Shown: positions 25,101 to 36,000, counted from the whole stretch's first letter. The stretch is 59,554 bases of DNA, filler included, from Dugesia japonica (GCA_001938525.1; 6 parts of 6 records of this genome joined end to end with filler, not necessarily neighbours in it); one strand, 5' to 3'. Notes: generated from the sequence alone by a model not told the origin. Translations and numbers: made by a program.

Positions 25101-26044
25101 ATAAAATGAATGATTGGATTGAAGATAGAATAAAAAGTTTAAAGGATCAAATTAAAGCAAGGGAGAAATATGACAAGTTTATAGTTGAACAAGTTTCATT
25201 TTCTAACCAGTTTTCAAATCAGTTAACTGGAACTTGCCAGTTCAGTAGTCAGTTGACTAAAGAACCTGTTATTAAAGAACCTGCTCCAACTAGTTGGACT
25301 AAAGAACCTGTTAAAGAACCTGTTAAAGAACCTGTTAAAGAACCTGTTCCAACTAGTTGGATTAAAGAAGAAGAACCTGTTCAGGAAGAAAGAACAACAA
25401 GTGATAGATTTAGAATAAGAAAAGAACAATTTCCAATTTGTAAAAAGTATGATTTACCTCCTACTTTAATTCCTTATGTTGTTTATGATGATGATGAAGC
25501 TTTTGATTCTTTTAAAATTGGTTCAGATATTATTTATTTAAAACAAATAAAGATGAATGATTCAATAGATAAATATTTTCAAATAAATGATTTAAAACAA
25601 ATACCATTTAATAAAGAAGTATTAAATTTAATGTTTGGTTATGGATCTAATGATGATGAAGCTAAAAGAATTTATTTAAATAGTTTTAATTTTTCTATTC
25701 CTCATTCAAGTAAATATATTAGAGCATGTAAGAATAAGGGAAATTTTGATGAAGAATTTAAAAAATTAAAAAATCCTCCTCCATATAAAGAGATTGATAC
25801 TGTAAAGGATTCTGTCCAGTTAACTGGAAAGGATTCTATCAAGGCTATTGGAGATGGATTAATTAACAACCAACTAGTTGGAAATCCAATAAAGTTGTTG
25901 GAAAAGTTTGTAATAATTACTAGTGCAATAAAAGCTGGCCATGATAACATGTCAGATGACTTTAATAAAATAATTAATCAGATGATGGATGATAAATTAA
26001 TAACAAAAGCCAAATATGATAGACTAAAGAAAAAGTATTTGTAA
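25097..26044 (+). CDS. Conserved Polinton protein with KEPV repeats and C-terminal KAGH motif
   Basis: Intact ORF; homolog on contig 1. Confidence 0.7.
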   Translation: MNKMNDWIEDRIKSLKDQIKAREKYDKFIVEQVSFSNQFSNQLTGTCQFSSQLTKEPVIKEPAPTSWTKEPVKEPVKEPVKEPVPTSWIKEEEPVQEERTTSDRFRIRKEQFPICKKYDLPPTLIPYVVYDDDEAFDSFKIGSDIIYLKQIKMNDSIDKYFQINDLKQIPFNKEVLNLMFGYGSNDDEAKRIYLNSFNFSIPHSSKYIRACKNKGNFDEEFKKLKNPPPYKEIDTVKDSVQLTGKDSIKAIGDGLINNQLVGNPIKLLEKFVIITSAIKAGHDNMSDDFNKIINQMMDDKLITKAKYDRLKKKYL

Positions 26045-26124
26045 TCTCAATATCTTAAAGCTAAATTAATATATATAAAATAGAAACCTCACTCACTACG
26101 TTCGCTCGGTTAACTCACTCGCTT

Positions 26125-26838
26125 ATGTCTCATCAATTTTTAATATATGGTCAAGAACATGAATTAGAAACTAAATTATCAAATGGTTTAAATTTACAAG
26201 GTGAATGGGAAATGGCTTTAATCTGGTTCACTACATCTAACATGATTTTAAATATAAATAATAAAAATAATAAATACAAGATCAATGGTAAAGAAAAAGA
26301 ACTAACTCCAGGTGCATATGAAATTAAACAAATTGCTGAACGGTTGACTGTCGACTTCATTCAATTGACATTTGATGTATCAACAGGTAAAGCTTTTATC
26401 CAACTTTATAGTGATAGAGATAAGAAAAATCAATCGTCAGAAGTAAAGCTTGAATTTGATAATACTTCTTTTTTTCATACTATATTAGGATATAATGTTT
26501 TACCCAGTGGTTATCTATTAACTGGCCAGTTAAATGGACAATTTATTTCAGATAATAAAATTAATATTATTGACATGAGTACAATCAATATTGTTTGTAA
26601 TATTGTTCAAGGTAATTATTTAAATAATAAAGAATACAATTTATTACATAGTTTGCCAATGGGGACAGTTCCTTGTGGATATAGGATAACTGACAGGCCA
26701 GCTAATCCAATTTATTCAAAACTTAATACAGATTTTATATCTAGAATAAAATTAAATATAGTAGATGAGAATTTAAATACAATAGACTTTGATGGAGAAA
26801 AGATTAATATTTTATTACATTTGAGACAAGCCAGGTAA
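26125..26838 (+). CDS. Penton / minor capsid protein (single jelly-roll)
   Basis: GEWEMAL, PGAYEI, INIVCNIV and IDFDGEKINILLHLR. Confidence 0.85.
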   Translation: MSHQFLIYGQEHELETKLSNGLNLQGEWEMALIWFTTSNMILNINNKNNKYKINGKEKELTPGAYEIKQIAERLTVDFIQLTFDVSTGKAFIQLYSDRDKKNQSSEVKLEFDNTSFFHTILGYNVLPSGYLLTGQLNGQFISDNKINIIDMSTINIVCNIVQGNYLNNKEYNLLHSLPMGTVPCGYRITDRPANPIYSKLNTDFISRIKLNIVDENLNTIDFDGEKINILLHLRQAR

Positions 26839-26874
26839 CCAGTTAACTGGCTGGCCAGATAATTATAATAAGAA

Positions 26875-27399
26875 ATGACTACTAATCCAACTAGTTATTC
26901 AATAGTAGACTTTCTTAAAACATTTGGCATATCATCTACAACTAATTTTAATTTATTAGATATTGCTAAATTATTAAATTTAAATGTTTATGTAGTAATG
27001 AAGAATGAAATGGAAGAATATATAAATTCAAACCAACCAGCCCAGTTAACTGGAAGTTGTCCAAGTTCTTGGATAATCAACTATCAAAATTCAAATCAAA
27101 AAGGAACTCATTGGGTTGCCTATGTTAACTGTACAGCTGGCCGGTCAAATAATTCTTTAAATGGTTATTATTTTGATTCTTATGGACTAGCTCCATTAGA
27201 TTGTATAATTAATATTCCAAACTGTAAATTAAAATGGAATAAAATACAAGTTCAACCTTGGAAAACTAAAATATGTGGTATATTATGTATTTACTTTATT
27301 TATAAAATGCATAATGGAATTCCAAGTTCCAGTCAACTGGGTTCAAATTTTGATTCTATAATTAAAGAACTAAAATCTACCTTTAAAGAATGGCTTTAA
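26875..27399 (+). CDS. Adenain-like cysteine maturation protease
   Basis: GTHWV (His), YFDSYG (Asp), QVQ (Gln) and ICG (Cys). Confidence 0.92.
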   Translation: MTTNPTSYSIVDFLKTFGISSTTNFNLLDIAKLLNLNVYVVMKNEMEEYINSNQPAQLTGSCPSSWIINYQNSNQKGTHWVAYVNCTAGRSNNSLNGYYFDSYGLAPLDCIINIPNCKLKWNKIQVQPWKTKICGILCIYFIYKMHNGIPSSSQLGSNFDSIIKELKSTFKEWL

Positions 27400-27429
27400 A
27401 TAAGCTAGCTTTAAATTCTATATAAAGAA

Positions 27430-28671
27430 ATGACTCATTCTTTTTCAAATGTAATAATGAATAGATTTGGAGAAACATTGGAGAATAAAAATACTAATCA
27501 ATTACTAGAAGCATTTGATGGTAAAGTAGAAAGTAAAATTAATTTAAAATTAAAGATTCATCAACATGAAGAACAGCTTTTAAATAAAAAGTATGATGAT
27601 AGAGAATATATTGATAAACAAATTGGACAGTTGACCGGTCAGTTGACAAGACAACAAGTTACTATTGTCAAACAACAAGTTACTATAGACACTTTATTGG
27701 AAACTAACAAAATACAATTGAGTGATAGGAAAAAAGAATTTATTAATCTAAAGAGTGAAATGTTAGTTCAACTTGAAAGTTTTAAACAAATTAAAAATTT
27801 TTATAAAGATGAAATGAATAACCAACTAGATCTACAATTAGTTAAATTAAAAAGGGTAATAGTTAAACAAGTTGAAGAATTAAAAAAAGAAGTTAGAGAA
27901 TTAACAAGTAAATGTAGTCAAGATAAATGCAAGAATGTGAAAGAAAAATTTAATAAAGTAAAATATGATGTAGATTATTTGAATCAAACACAAAATGATC
28001 CTTTACCTGGATTGGAAAAAACTTTTTTATCTTTAGTATTCATTTATATTAATGATAGAGAATATCTTGTCAAGATTTTAAATGATTTAAAAAAACAAAG
28101 AGAACAAAAGAAACTTTATTCTCCTAATTTACTTAAAGAGTTAAAAGATGGAATTGAAAATTATTTTCCATATTTCTTAGATCCATCCATTAATATAAAA
28201 AGATTTTATTATCTATTATTATTTCATTTATCAATAGATAAAGTTATTGATGATCTACCAAGTGTTTTATTCTTTAAAATGAAAAAATTAAAAGCATATA
28301 GAAAAGGAATATATATTAAAAAACCAAGAGGAGAATCTTATTATCAACTAGAAGAAGATATGATATTAAATTTTGAATTATTAAAAGAAATAGAAAGATT
28401 ACATTTTCAATTTACATTTGCTTGTGATAAAGGTTTTTATGATCCTGAAGCAAGTATTTCTTTAATTAATGAAATTTTAATAATAAATGAATCTATTCCA
28501 GTAGTTTTTAAAAACTTTGCTTATAAAACAAAACTAATAGGTCAAACATCAAATATATTTCGAATAGAAAGTTTAGAAATAGATAGGGGAAAAACAAAAT
28601 GGTTAAAATTTTCAATAACCATTAGTAATCGTACTTGGTTTAAAGATTTAAAAATATTCAAGTCAAAATGA
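27430..28671 (+). CDS. Hypothetical coiled-coil viral protein
   Basis: 413-aa intact ORF in the viral gene array. Confidence 0.7.
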   Translation: MTHSFSNVIMNRFGETLENKNTNQLLEAFDGKVESKINLKLKIHQHEEQLLNKKYDDREYIDKQIGQLTGQLTRQQVTIVKQQVTIDTLLETNKIQLSDRKKEFINLKSEMLVQLESFKQIKNFYKDEMNNQLDLQLVKLKRVIVKQVEELKKEVRELTSKCSQDKCKNVKEKFNKVKYDVDYLNQTQNDPLPGLEKTFLSLVFIYINDREYLVKILNDLKKQREQKKLYSPNLLKELKDGIENYFPYFLDPSINIKRFYYLLLFHLSIDKVIDDLPSVLFFKMKKLKAYRKGIYIKKPRGESYYQLEEDMILNFELLKEIERLHFQFTFACDKGFYDPEASISLINEILIINESIPVVFKNFAYKTKLIGQTSNIFRIESLEIDRGKTKWLKFSITISNRTWFKDLKIFKSK

Positions 28672-28696
28672 TTAGACTCAAATTATTTAATAAAAA

Positions 28697-29494
28697 ATGG
28701 AAGCTAACAAGTTATCATCTAACAAGTTATCATCTATTAAAATATACCCAGATTTAAACAATGATTTAAACAATGATTTAAACAATGAAGAAGAGGACAA
28801 CCGACAATCAACTGGAAATTCAACTAGTATGACCATTCAAGATTTAAAAAATAAATTAAATCAAACAAGAATTAAAGATTTTGAAAATGATCTAGAGTGG
28901 ATAGAAGATAAACTAAAACATTATAGAAAATTAAAAAGAAGATGGTCAAAATTTGATAGTGGAGTTAGATTTACAGATGTAGGAATTTCCACGTTTGTAG
29001 GTTTAGCTTCAGGAACAATAATATTAATGTCTAGTTTATCTTTTGGAATACCTTTATTAGTAACTGGAATAGTTACTGGAATCCCAATTATTTATTCTAT
29101 TGCACATGGATCTTTAAGAGTTAGTTTAATAAAAAGTAGAATAGTTAAATATACAGTAAAAATTAAATTATTAGAAGAAACTAAAAATAAATTATTCCTC
29201 TTTCATACTAAAGCTTTGGAGGATAATAAATTAAGTAATGAAGAAATTAAAATTAGTAAAGATATAATTAATAAACTTAAAGACCAACTTGTTGGACAAC
29301 TGTCCAGTGATCAATCAACTAAACAATCAACTGTTCAGCCGACTAGTGGTCAGTCAACTGTTCAGACAACTGTCCAGTCAACTGGACAACTAGTTAGTGA
29401 ATTGGAACATTTTAGTAAATCATTTCCAATATTAATGCAGCAGATATCTAGTCAGCTAACTGGACCCAGTAATATAAAAAAAAATAAACAATAA
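28697..29494 (+). CDS. Two-TM coiled-coil membrane protein
   Basis: Hydrophobic hairpin VGISTFVGLASG...IPIIYSIA; KALEDNKLSNEE. Confidence 0.7.
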   Translation: MEANKLSSNKLSSIKIYPDLNNDLNNDLNNEEEDNRQSTGNSTSMTIQDLKNKLNQTRIKDFENDLEWIEDKLKHYRKLKRRWSKFDSGVRFTDVGISTFVGLASGTIILMSSLSFGIPLLVTGIVTGIPIIYSIAHGSLRVSLIKSRIVKYTVKIKLLEETKNKLFLFHTKALEDNKLSNEEIKISKDIINKLKDQLVGQLSSDQSTKQSTVQPTSGQSTVQTTVQSTGQLVSELEHFSKSFPILMQQISSQLTGPSNIKKNKQ

Positions 29495-29526
29495 AAAATA
29501 ACATCACTAAATTATTTACTTTTAAA

Positions 29527-32107
29527 ATGGCAACTAGTAATGATATTGGAAATGATATTGGAAATGCTATTGGAAATGCTATTGAAAGATATTGTGAAAT
29601 CTGTAATCAACATTTCAGAAGTAATTATCATTTAGAAACTCATTTAAAAGGAAAAGCTCATTTAAAAAAAGTTGAATTAAATAATCTTGGTAATTCATGG
29701 AGAAGATGTCACATATGTAATTTAAACTTTGATAATATTGTAAATTATAATAGACACTTGCAAGGAAAAAGACATCAAGATAAAGTAGTTCAAATAGCAT
29801 TAGAAGCAGAATCAAGTGGATCTGAAATTGAAACTATTTCCTCTTCTGATTCGGAACCAACTACTTCAACTAGTTTGAATCTTAAAGAATTATTTAAAGA
29901 TTTTATTTTACCAAGAGGTGAATATGAAGTAGAAACTTGTCAACAATCAATGATTAAATTGAAGAAATATTTCAGTATTTATAAAAATGAAAAACAACCT
30001 GCTGTTGAAAATATTTATCAATTTAATCACAGAATTAATTTTAATCTTTTAAAAGATTATTCTAATGAAATGAAAGACATGACTAATCTATTTATTATTA
30101 ATTTTCAAAAAGTAGTAGTATCAATAACTTGTTCAACTACTTATACAAAAGATTTTGTTGGACAAGATAGTACAAAGAATCAACAGTGGATTAAAGATTA
30201 TGATACTCATTCAGAGAAAATTACAATGTTTAGTCAAATTAATGATGTAATTGATAAAATGTTGGATCAATTATCTGAGGATATTTTCACTACAGAGACT
30301 CAAGGATCAGGTTGGTCATTTGAAAAGTTTAATTCTTTTAGAATTGAACTATCAAATTATGAATCTTTAGTAGGTCAGGGCTATTGTTTATTACCCAGTT
30401 TATTGAGAAATATTCCTGGAATTCTAAATATAAAGAATCCAGAAAATGATTACAATTGTTTTAAATATTGTATAATGGCTCATCTTGATCCTACTTTGGG
30501 AGATTCNNNNNNNNNNNNNNNNNNNNNNNNNNNNNNNNNNNNNNNNNNNNNNNNNNNNNNNNNNCTCAATTGGTTAGGAATTAAAATGCCAATGGAGATA
30601 ATAAATATATCAAAATTTGAAAGATTAAATGATTTCCAAGTTAATATCTTTGTGATAATTCCATCCAAAGACAAACCTAAAATACAAAAACTTTATTCTT
30701 CTCACCTAGAAACTAATCCTTCTCATAAAGATAGGAAATGTAATTTGTTATTATTTAATTCTCACTACATTTTAATTAGAAATCTAAACAAAATTAATAC
30801 AAAATCTAAACACACTAATGAATTGTGTATTAATTGTATGAACTGGAAAAGAAGTAAAGAATCATTAATCAAACATCAATTACTCTGCTTAAAACAGAAA
30901 GAAGCAGAGATTAAGTTTAGCTTTGATCCTATTTACAAGTTTAACAAGTTTTATATGAAAAACAAGAATCCTTTCACTATTTATTTTGATATAGAAACTT
31001 ATAAGGATTCCAATAATAACGAATTAATACCATTTGCTTTAGGTTTATATCTAGTTAGTAATCATCCTGAAGTTAAAAAATATATACAATTATTTCACTG
31101 GACCTGATTGTATTAGTAAATTCATTAAATGGTTATTAAAATTTAATGACTTGTTTGAAAGAATAATCAAAACAAGAAATGAATCTATTGAACTTGATCA
31201 AAAGAATCTAGAGCTAGCTTCCAATGAAAAGTGTTATTATTGTAATTCTTCACCTTCTGAGTCACTTGGTTACACTAACTGTGAATTTCTTTCAGTAAAT
31301 CCATGGACAGGAGAATCTAGAGGCTTTGCTCATCGTGAATGCATCAAGAAATTTGAGAATTCTAAAAAGTATTTCATACCAGTTTATGCACATAATGCAT
31401 CCAAATTTGATAATCACTTTGTTTTTAAGGAATTGTGTGAATCTAATCCTGAAAAAATTAATAATCTAATTCCATTAAATGATGATGTTTATATCTCATT
31501 TTCTATAGAAAGATTAAGATTTCTAGATTCTTTAAGAATGTGTAGTGGACATTCTGTAGAAAAGATGGGACAGGATTTATTAAAAAGTAAAAACCATCCT
31601 CATTTAACTAGTTTTAATCTAAAACCAGCAAAAGGAATCTATCCTTATGATTATGTAAGTGGAAAAGATTATCAAGAAGTTAAAGATAAATTAATAAATT
31701 TCTATACTCATATTGATGATTTTTACAATGTATTACGACAAACTAAACTATCTGAATCTGATTTTGAAATATTTAAAAAAGAATATTCAAATTTTAAAGA
31801 TCTACTTGATTATACACTACATTATATGCAACTTGATGTAATAATCCTAGCAGACTTTTTTGAAAACTTTAGGTCTTTATCACTAGAAAGGAATCAAATT
31901 GATCCAACTTATTGCTATAGTGCTCCAGGATTAACATGGGAAATAGGAATGAAAATTTCAAAAGTAGAATTAATAAATGCTAATCCTCGAAACTTTGACA
32001 TGTTTCTAACTATAGAACAAGGAATAAGAGGAGGATTTTCAGGAGTTTGTGGAAATCGACATGTTGTAGCTGATGAATTTCATACAATAAAGTGTCTTGA
32101 TGAGAAT
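29527..32107 (+). CDS. Protein-primed family B DNA polymerase with N-terminal Zn fingers; one frameshift, truncated at motif A
   Basis: GSGW, CFKYCI, YFDIET (Exo I), AHNASKFD (Exo II), RFLDS, KGIYPY, YMQLDV (Exo III), IRGG and LDEN. Confidence 0.92.
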
Positions 32108-32345
32108 AGATGAGTCATATGAGATTGGATGGATGGTTTGTCCTACAACTATGGTAGCGCACTGTCACAGTCGTATGAGTTATCGTGGGNNNNTTTTTAG
32201 GAAGGCTGTAGGTTTGTATGGGTTTGTTGGAATTTATTGGTTGATAGTTTGTTGGAGAGGTAATGTGATTCAGAAGATTTTGTATGTCGAATGTGCTTTG
32301 AATTTTTATTTTATGACCTTTAATTTGATTGGTTAATATTTGTAA

Positions 32346-32445
32346 NNNNNNNNNNNNNNNNNNNNNNNNNNNNNNNNNNNNNNNNNNNNTTAATTAATTA
32401 ANNNNNNNNNNNNNNNNNNNNNNNNNNNNNNNNNNNNNNNNNNNN
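32346..32445. other. Artificial contig-joining linker
   Basis: 44N-TTAATTAATTAA-44N. Confidence 0.97.
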
Positions 32446-32580
32446 TCCCTGTGTATTTAGTTGGGAAAATTTTTTAGGCTTTTTAAGCGGTAATGTGGTG
32501 TTACTTTTTCCCTGTGTATATAGTTGGGAAAATTTTTTATAGGCTTTTTTAGTTGGGAAAAATTTTTTATGGGAATTTTT
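32446..32580. repeat. Tandem ~55-bp subterminal-like repeats (CCTGTGTATxTAGTTGGGAAAATTTTT)
   Basis: Two near-complete and two partial copies. Confidence 0.6.
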
Positions 32581-33989
32581 TAAAGAATCCGTACAGACTG
32601 TTCATTTTGTTTAAATAAAATGAAAATTTAAAAATTTTTTAAATCAAATTTTTATGATAATCCGGGAGAACCTCCGAAACTTCGAAAATTTTTGAAAAAA
32701 AATTTTATCGAGATTTTTACTTGAATTGATGGAGAATTCGATGGAGATTATTTTTCACAAATAAAAATTTTTCGAAAACATTTATTTCTCATCTTTATAT
32801 AAAATAACTATGTCTATTAGATAGANNNNNNNNNNNNNNNNNNNNNNNNNNNNNNNNNNNNNNNNNNNNNNNNNNNNNNNNNNNNNNNAATGAAGTTTTG
32901 TGGTGAAAAAATGTCAAAACTCAGAATTTAGATCTCAGACCTCTGTGCACAGAGAACTGCTATTGACTCAAATTTGGTATCATTTTACTCAGGATGAAAA
33001 GGTGACTGTACAAAGTTAAAATATCTTCTCGGGGAAAATGCTTCCTTATGAATATGTACAGCCGCCCTTCCGGAATTCGGTGACATTTTTAGAAAATATC
33101 AAAAGTACCTCAAAATTTGTAGACATTAATACTATTCAACGGGAAATTTTACGATGAGTACGAATAACACGGTTAAAAATCAAAAAAAATTTATACATAA
33201 TAAGTTATAGAGTACTTTATGTATTATAATTCAAATTATTTTAATTTAATTTAATTTAATTTAATTTTTAAATAATTTCAATAAGAATGTTGTAGAATCG
33301 ATTGTTTATACTTATCAATGTATTTAATTAATACACACCTGTTCTAAAACCTATATAAAGTGAATCTTTAATTCATTATTCATTATTTCAAAATGAAGAT
33401 NNNNNNNNNNNNNNNNNNNNNNNNNNNNNNNNCACTAGTATTCGAGTGTGAAAAACCAAGAAATTACTTCAAACATGAGATTTTTTTCTTTAAGAGAACA
33501 ATTAATTATAGTTTTCAAGTAATATTTGATTTTCTAGTTACTTTGTTGATACATTTTTATTTAGGATCCTGTTAAAGTGAAACCTTGTGTTTACGATTTA
33601 TACATATATGAAATCAGTGACAATGATCAAAAGACTCTTAATAAACTATTCTTAAGAATCAATGAACGCATGAAAATTGAAGATGGAACATTTATTAAAT
33701 CCAAAGAATATAATGTTCAAGAAAGTAAATCAAAGATTACAGTTGAAATTATTGGATATAAGAAATTGGAAGAAATAGTAAAACCAATTTGGAAAGTTAA
33801 ATCAATTCAAAAGATTGAATTGAAAGATAATAAATATTATTTATAAAAACTTTGTCTTATTATTTTATATTTTAATTTATTGTTTTATAAATCAAACAAG
33901 TTTAAAACAGTAAAGTTTATTTAATTCAATCCCATATTATTCGATGTTACTATGATTGTTCTGTATAACATTTGGCAACTGAAATTATA

Positions 33990-34657
33990 TTATTGAAATA
34001 AATTATTAAAGTAATGAAGATTACTTAAAGTATTTGGATCTCTTTCCATTTTATATTCATGTTGTTGTCTTAATGAAATTGCCAAGGCTTTTAGCTTAAT
34101 ATTCATTTGAACTTGATTTATTGATTCGGGACTAGAATAACTTAAATCATCAGTGAATTCTTTGATTAATATTTCTTTTTCGTTCTCAAAAAACTCATTT
34201 GCAACTGTTGACAATTTAAGGTTATGAAATTTAACTAAATTATCCATAAGAAATGTCATGTTTTTCAATGAATCTGGATAAAATTTCAGTTTATCAATTA
34301 ATTCTATTCTTCTAAGTATTACAAGACTATTCAAGACTTGGATTTGAATAAGAGCTTGTAAACCACTTTGTAATGTTTCTTCTAATTTATGACCATAAAG
34401 TATAATTTCATTGTTTGATATTTCCTCCATTGCATCGATAAATGGATCAAGATGGAATAAATTTGTCAGATTATTAGCAACATCGACTTTACATTTGTTG
34501 AGATAATCTTCATAACTCAACGATAAACAGCCTTTAGTCTCTGAAATAATTTATGGAATAACAGTTCTTCCTTGCCATTTCATGAAAGATAACATGAATT
34601 CATCATCATCTTCAATAACAATATCTTCATTATATAACTGAATTTCTTTCAACATTT
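33990..34657 (-). pseudogene. Unknown helical protein, probably from a Polinton-like element
   Basis: Open frame extends upstream of 34520 past a single stop to an ATG near 34657. Confidence 0.4.
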
Positions 34658-34822
34658 CCGTCTGTTTTTCTGATAAGATTACATCATTAATTTTTGAAAA
34701 GATTAAAATGTTTACAATTACTTAATTTAAACAATAACATTTAAATTACTAATTTAATTAATTAATTAANNNNNNNNNNNNNNNNNNNNNNNNNNNNNNN
34801 NNNNNNNNNNNNNNNNNNNNNN

Positions 34823-35130
34823 GTTTTTATTCCAACTAGTACAATCTTTCCACTTGAAAATAAGTTAACACATATTGGATTATATTTTGAAATTCTTAAT
34901 CATGGAAATATTTTTGTTTCATATACGCATTTGATGACTTTGGATAATTCATATAAATTAATCATAGTCCTCAAATTATGGACAACTGTAAGTGATTGTA
35001 ATGGAATATTCTGGATATTATACTTTAAATCTTCTGGTCTTATTGGTTTCTTGCACCCCGTGATTCTACAACTTCCTGATTGAAAGAAAACAAGAGTATA
35101 CTTGTCTGTTTTCTCTACTACTTGATAGTT
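34823..35130 (-). pseudogene. TATA-binding protein (TBP)-like fragment
   Basis: TLVFFQSGSCRITG...INLYEL...CVYETKIFP*LRI...VNLFSSGKIVLVG shows the two TBP repeats. Confidence 0.75.
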
Positions 35131-35131
35131 C

Positions 35132-35811
35132 ATCGATGGTTCATTGCAACTCGATTTCATGGATCAATCGAAATACCTTATTCCTGGTGTTAATGTTCAT
35201 ATTCGATTGAAACGAGCATCTTTTAAGATTTGTTTGTAATATGCAGCTAATGAACCTAAATATGTATTACTAGACGCGAAATTAATGGTTAGACGTGTAC
35301 AAAGCAAGATGCTATTAGTTCGATTAGAACCAAAGAGGTTGTTGCATTTGCAATTAGTAAAGATAGTTCATCGTTTTATAAGAAAAAAATCTTTGGTGAT
35401 CGTCGATTGCCTAGCTTTATTTTGATTACATTTCAAAGTGGTGAACAATATAATGGTAGTTAAAAAAGCTCGAGTTCAACATTTCAAAATCTAGATGCTG
35501 TTTCTGTTTCCTTCACGAAAAACACTGATTATCGAGAAATATATACTCATGATTTTATCAACTATAATTATGCCACAACATATATAAAACCTATAGTAAG
35601 CAATATGGGTTATTTTAAGGATAATTATCCATTCTTTACATTTCTTCTTGCTCCAGATTTTGATATAAATCAGAGTCAATTAACTCTACAAGGAAATTTG
35701 AGATTAGATATCAAGTTTGCCAAAACTTTAACATCATCAGCATATGTTCTCATTTATGGATTATTTGAAAAAGAAATTCAAATTTTAGACAACAGAACAG
35801 TATTGGTGTAA
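35132..35811 (+). pseudogene. Second-type Polinton major capsid protein, C-terminal part
   Basis: GSLQLDFMDQSKYLIPGVNVHIRLKR and QGNLRLDIKFAKTL...VLIYGLFEKEIQI. Confidence 0.75.
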
Positions 35812-35813
35812 AC

Positions 35814-36000
35814 AATGCTATGTATTCTTGAAATAATTGCAATAAAGTAAAAGGTATTGTTTAATTTATTAGTTCTATTCAGATTAAACGGAGTGCATCA
35901 ATGTTACTTGGATCAGCATGTTTCAGTAAACAATACCTTAATCGTCAATACTCATACAAAAAATCTATGTGGAGAACATTAGATAGCTGTCTACAATAAA
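35814..36000 (+). pseudogene. Adenain protease remnant
   Basis: YLIVNTHTKNLCGEH*IAV equals the IVNT...GEHW motif; lies directly after the MCP. Confidence 0.55.

Larger units (their letters stand above)
19277..32107 (+). mobile_element. Endogenous Polinton/Maverick (adintovirus-like) virus, nearly complete gene set, own termini not present
   Basis: Tightly packed co-oriented ORFs: MCP, rve integrase, A32-like ATPase, penton, adenain and pPolB. Confidence 0.95.
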
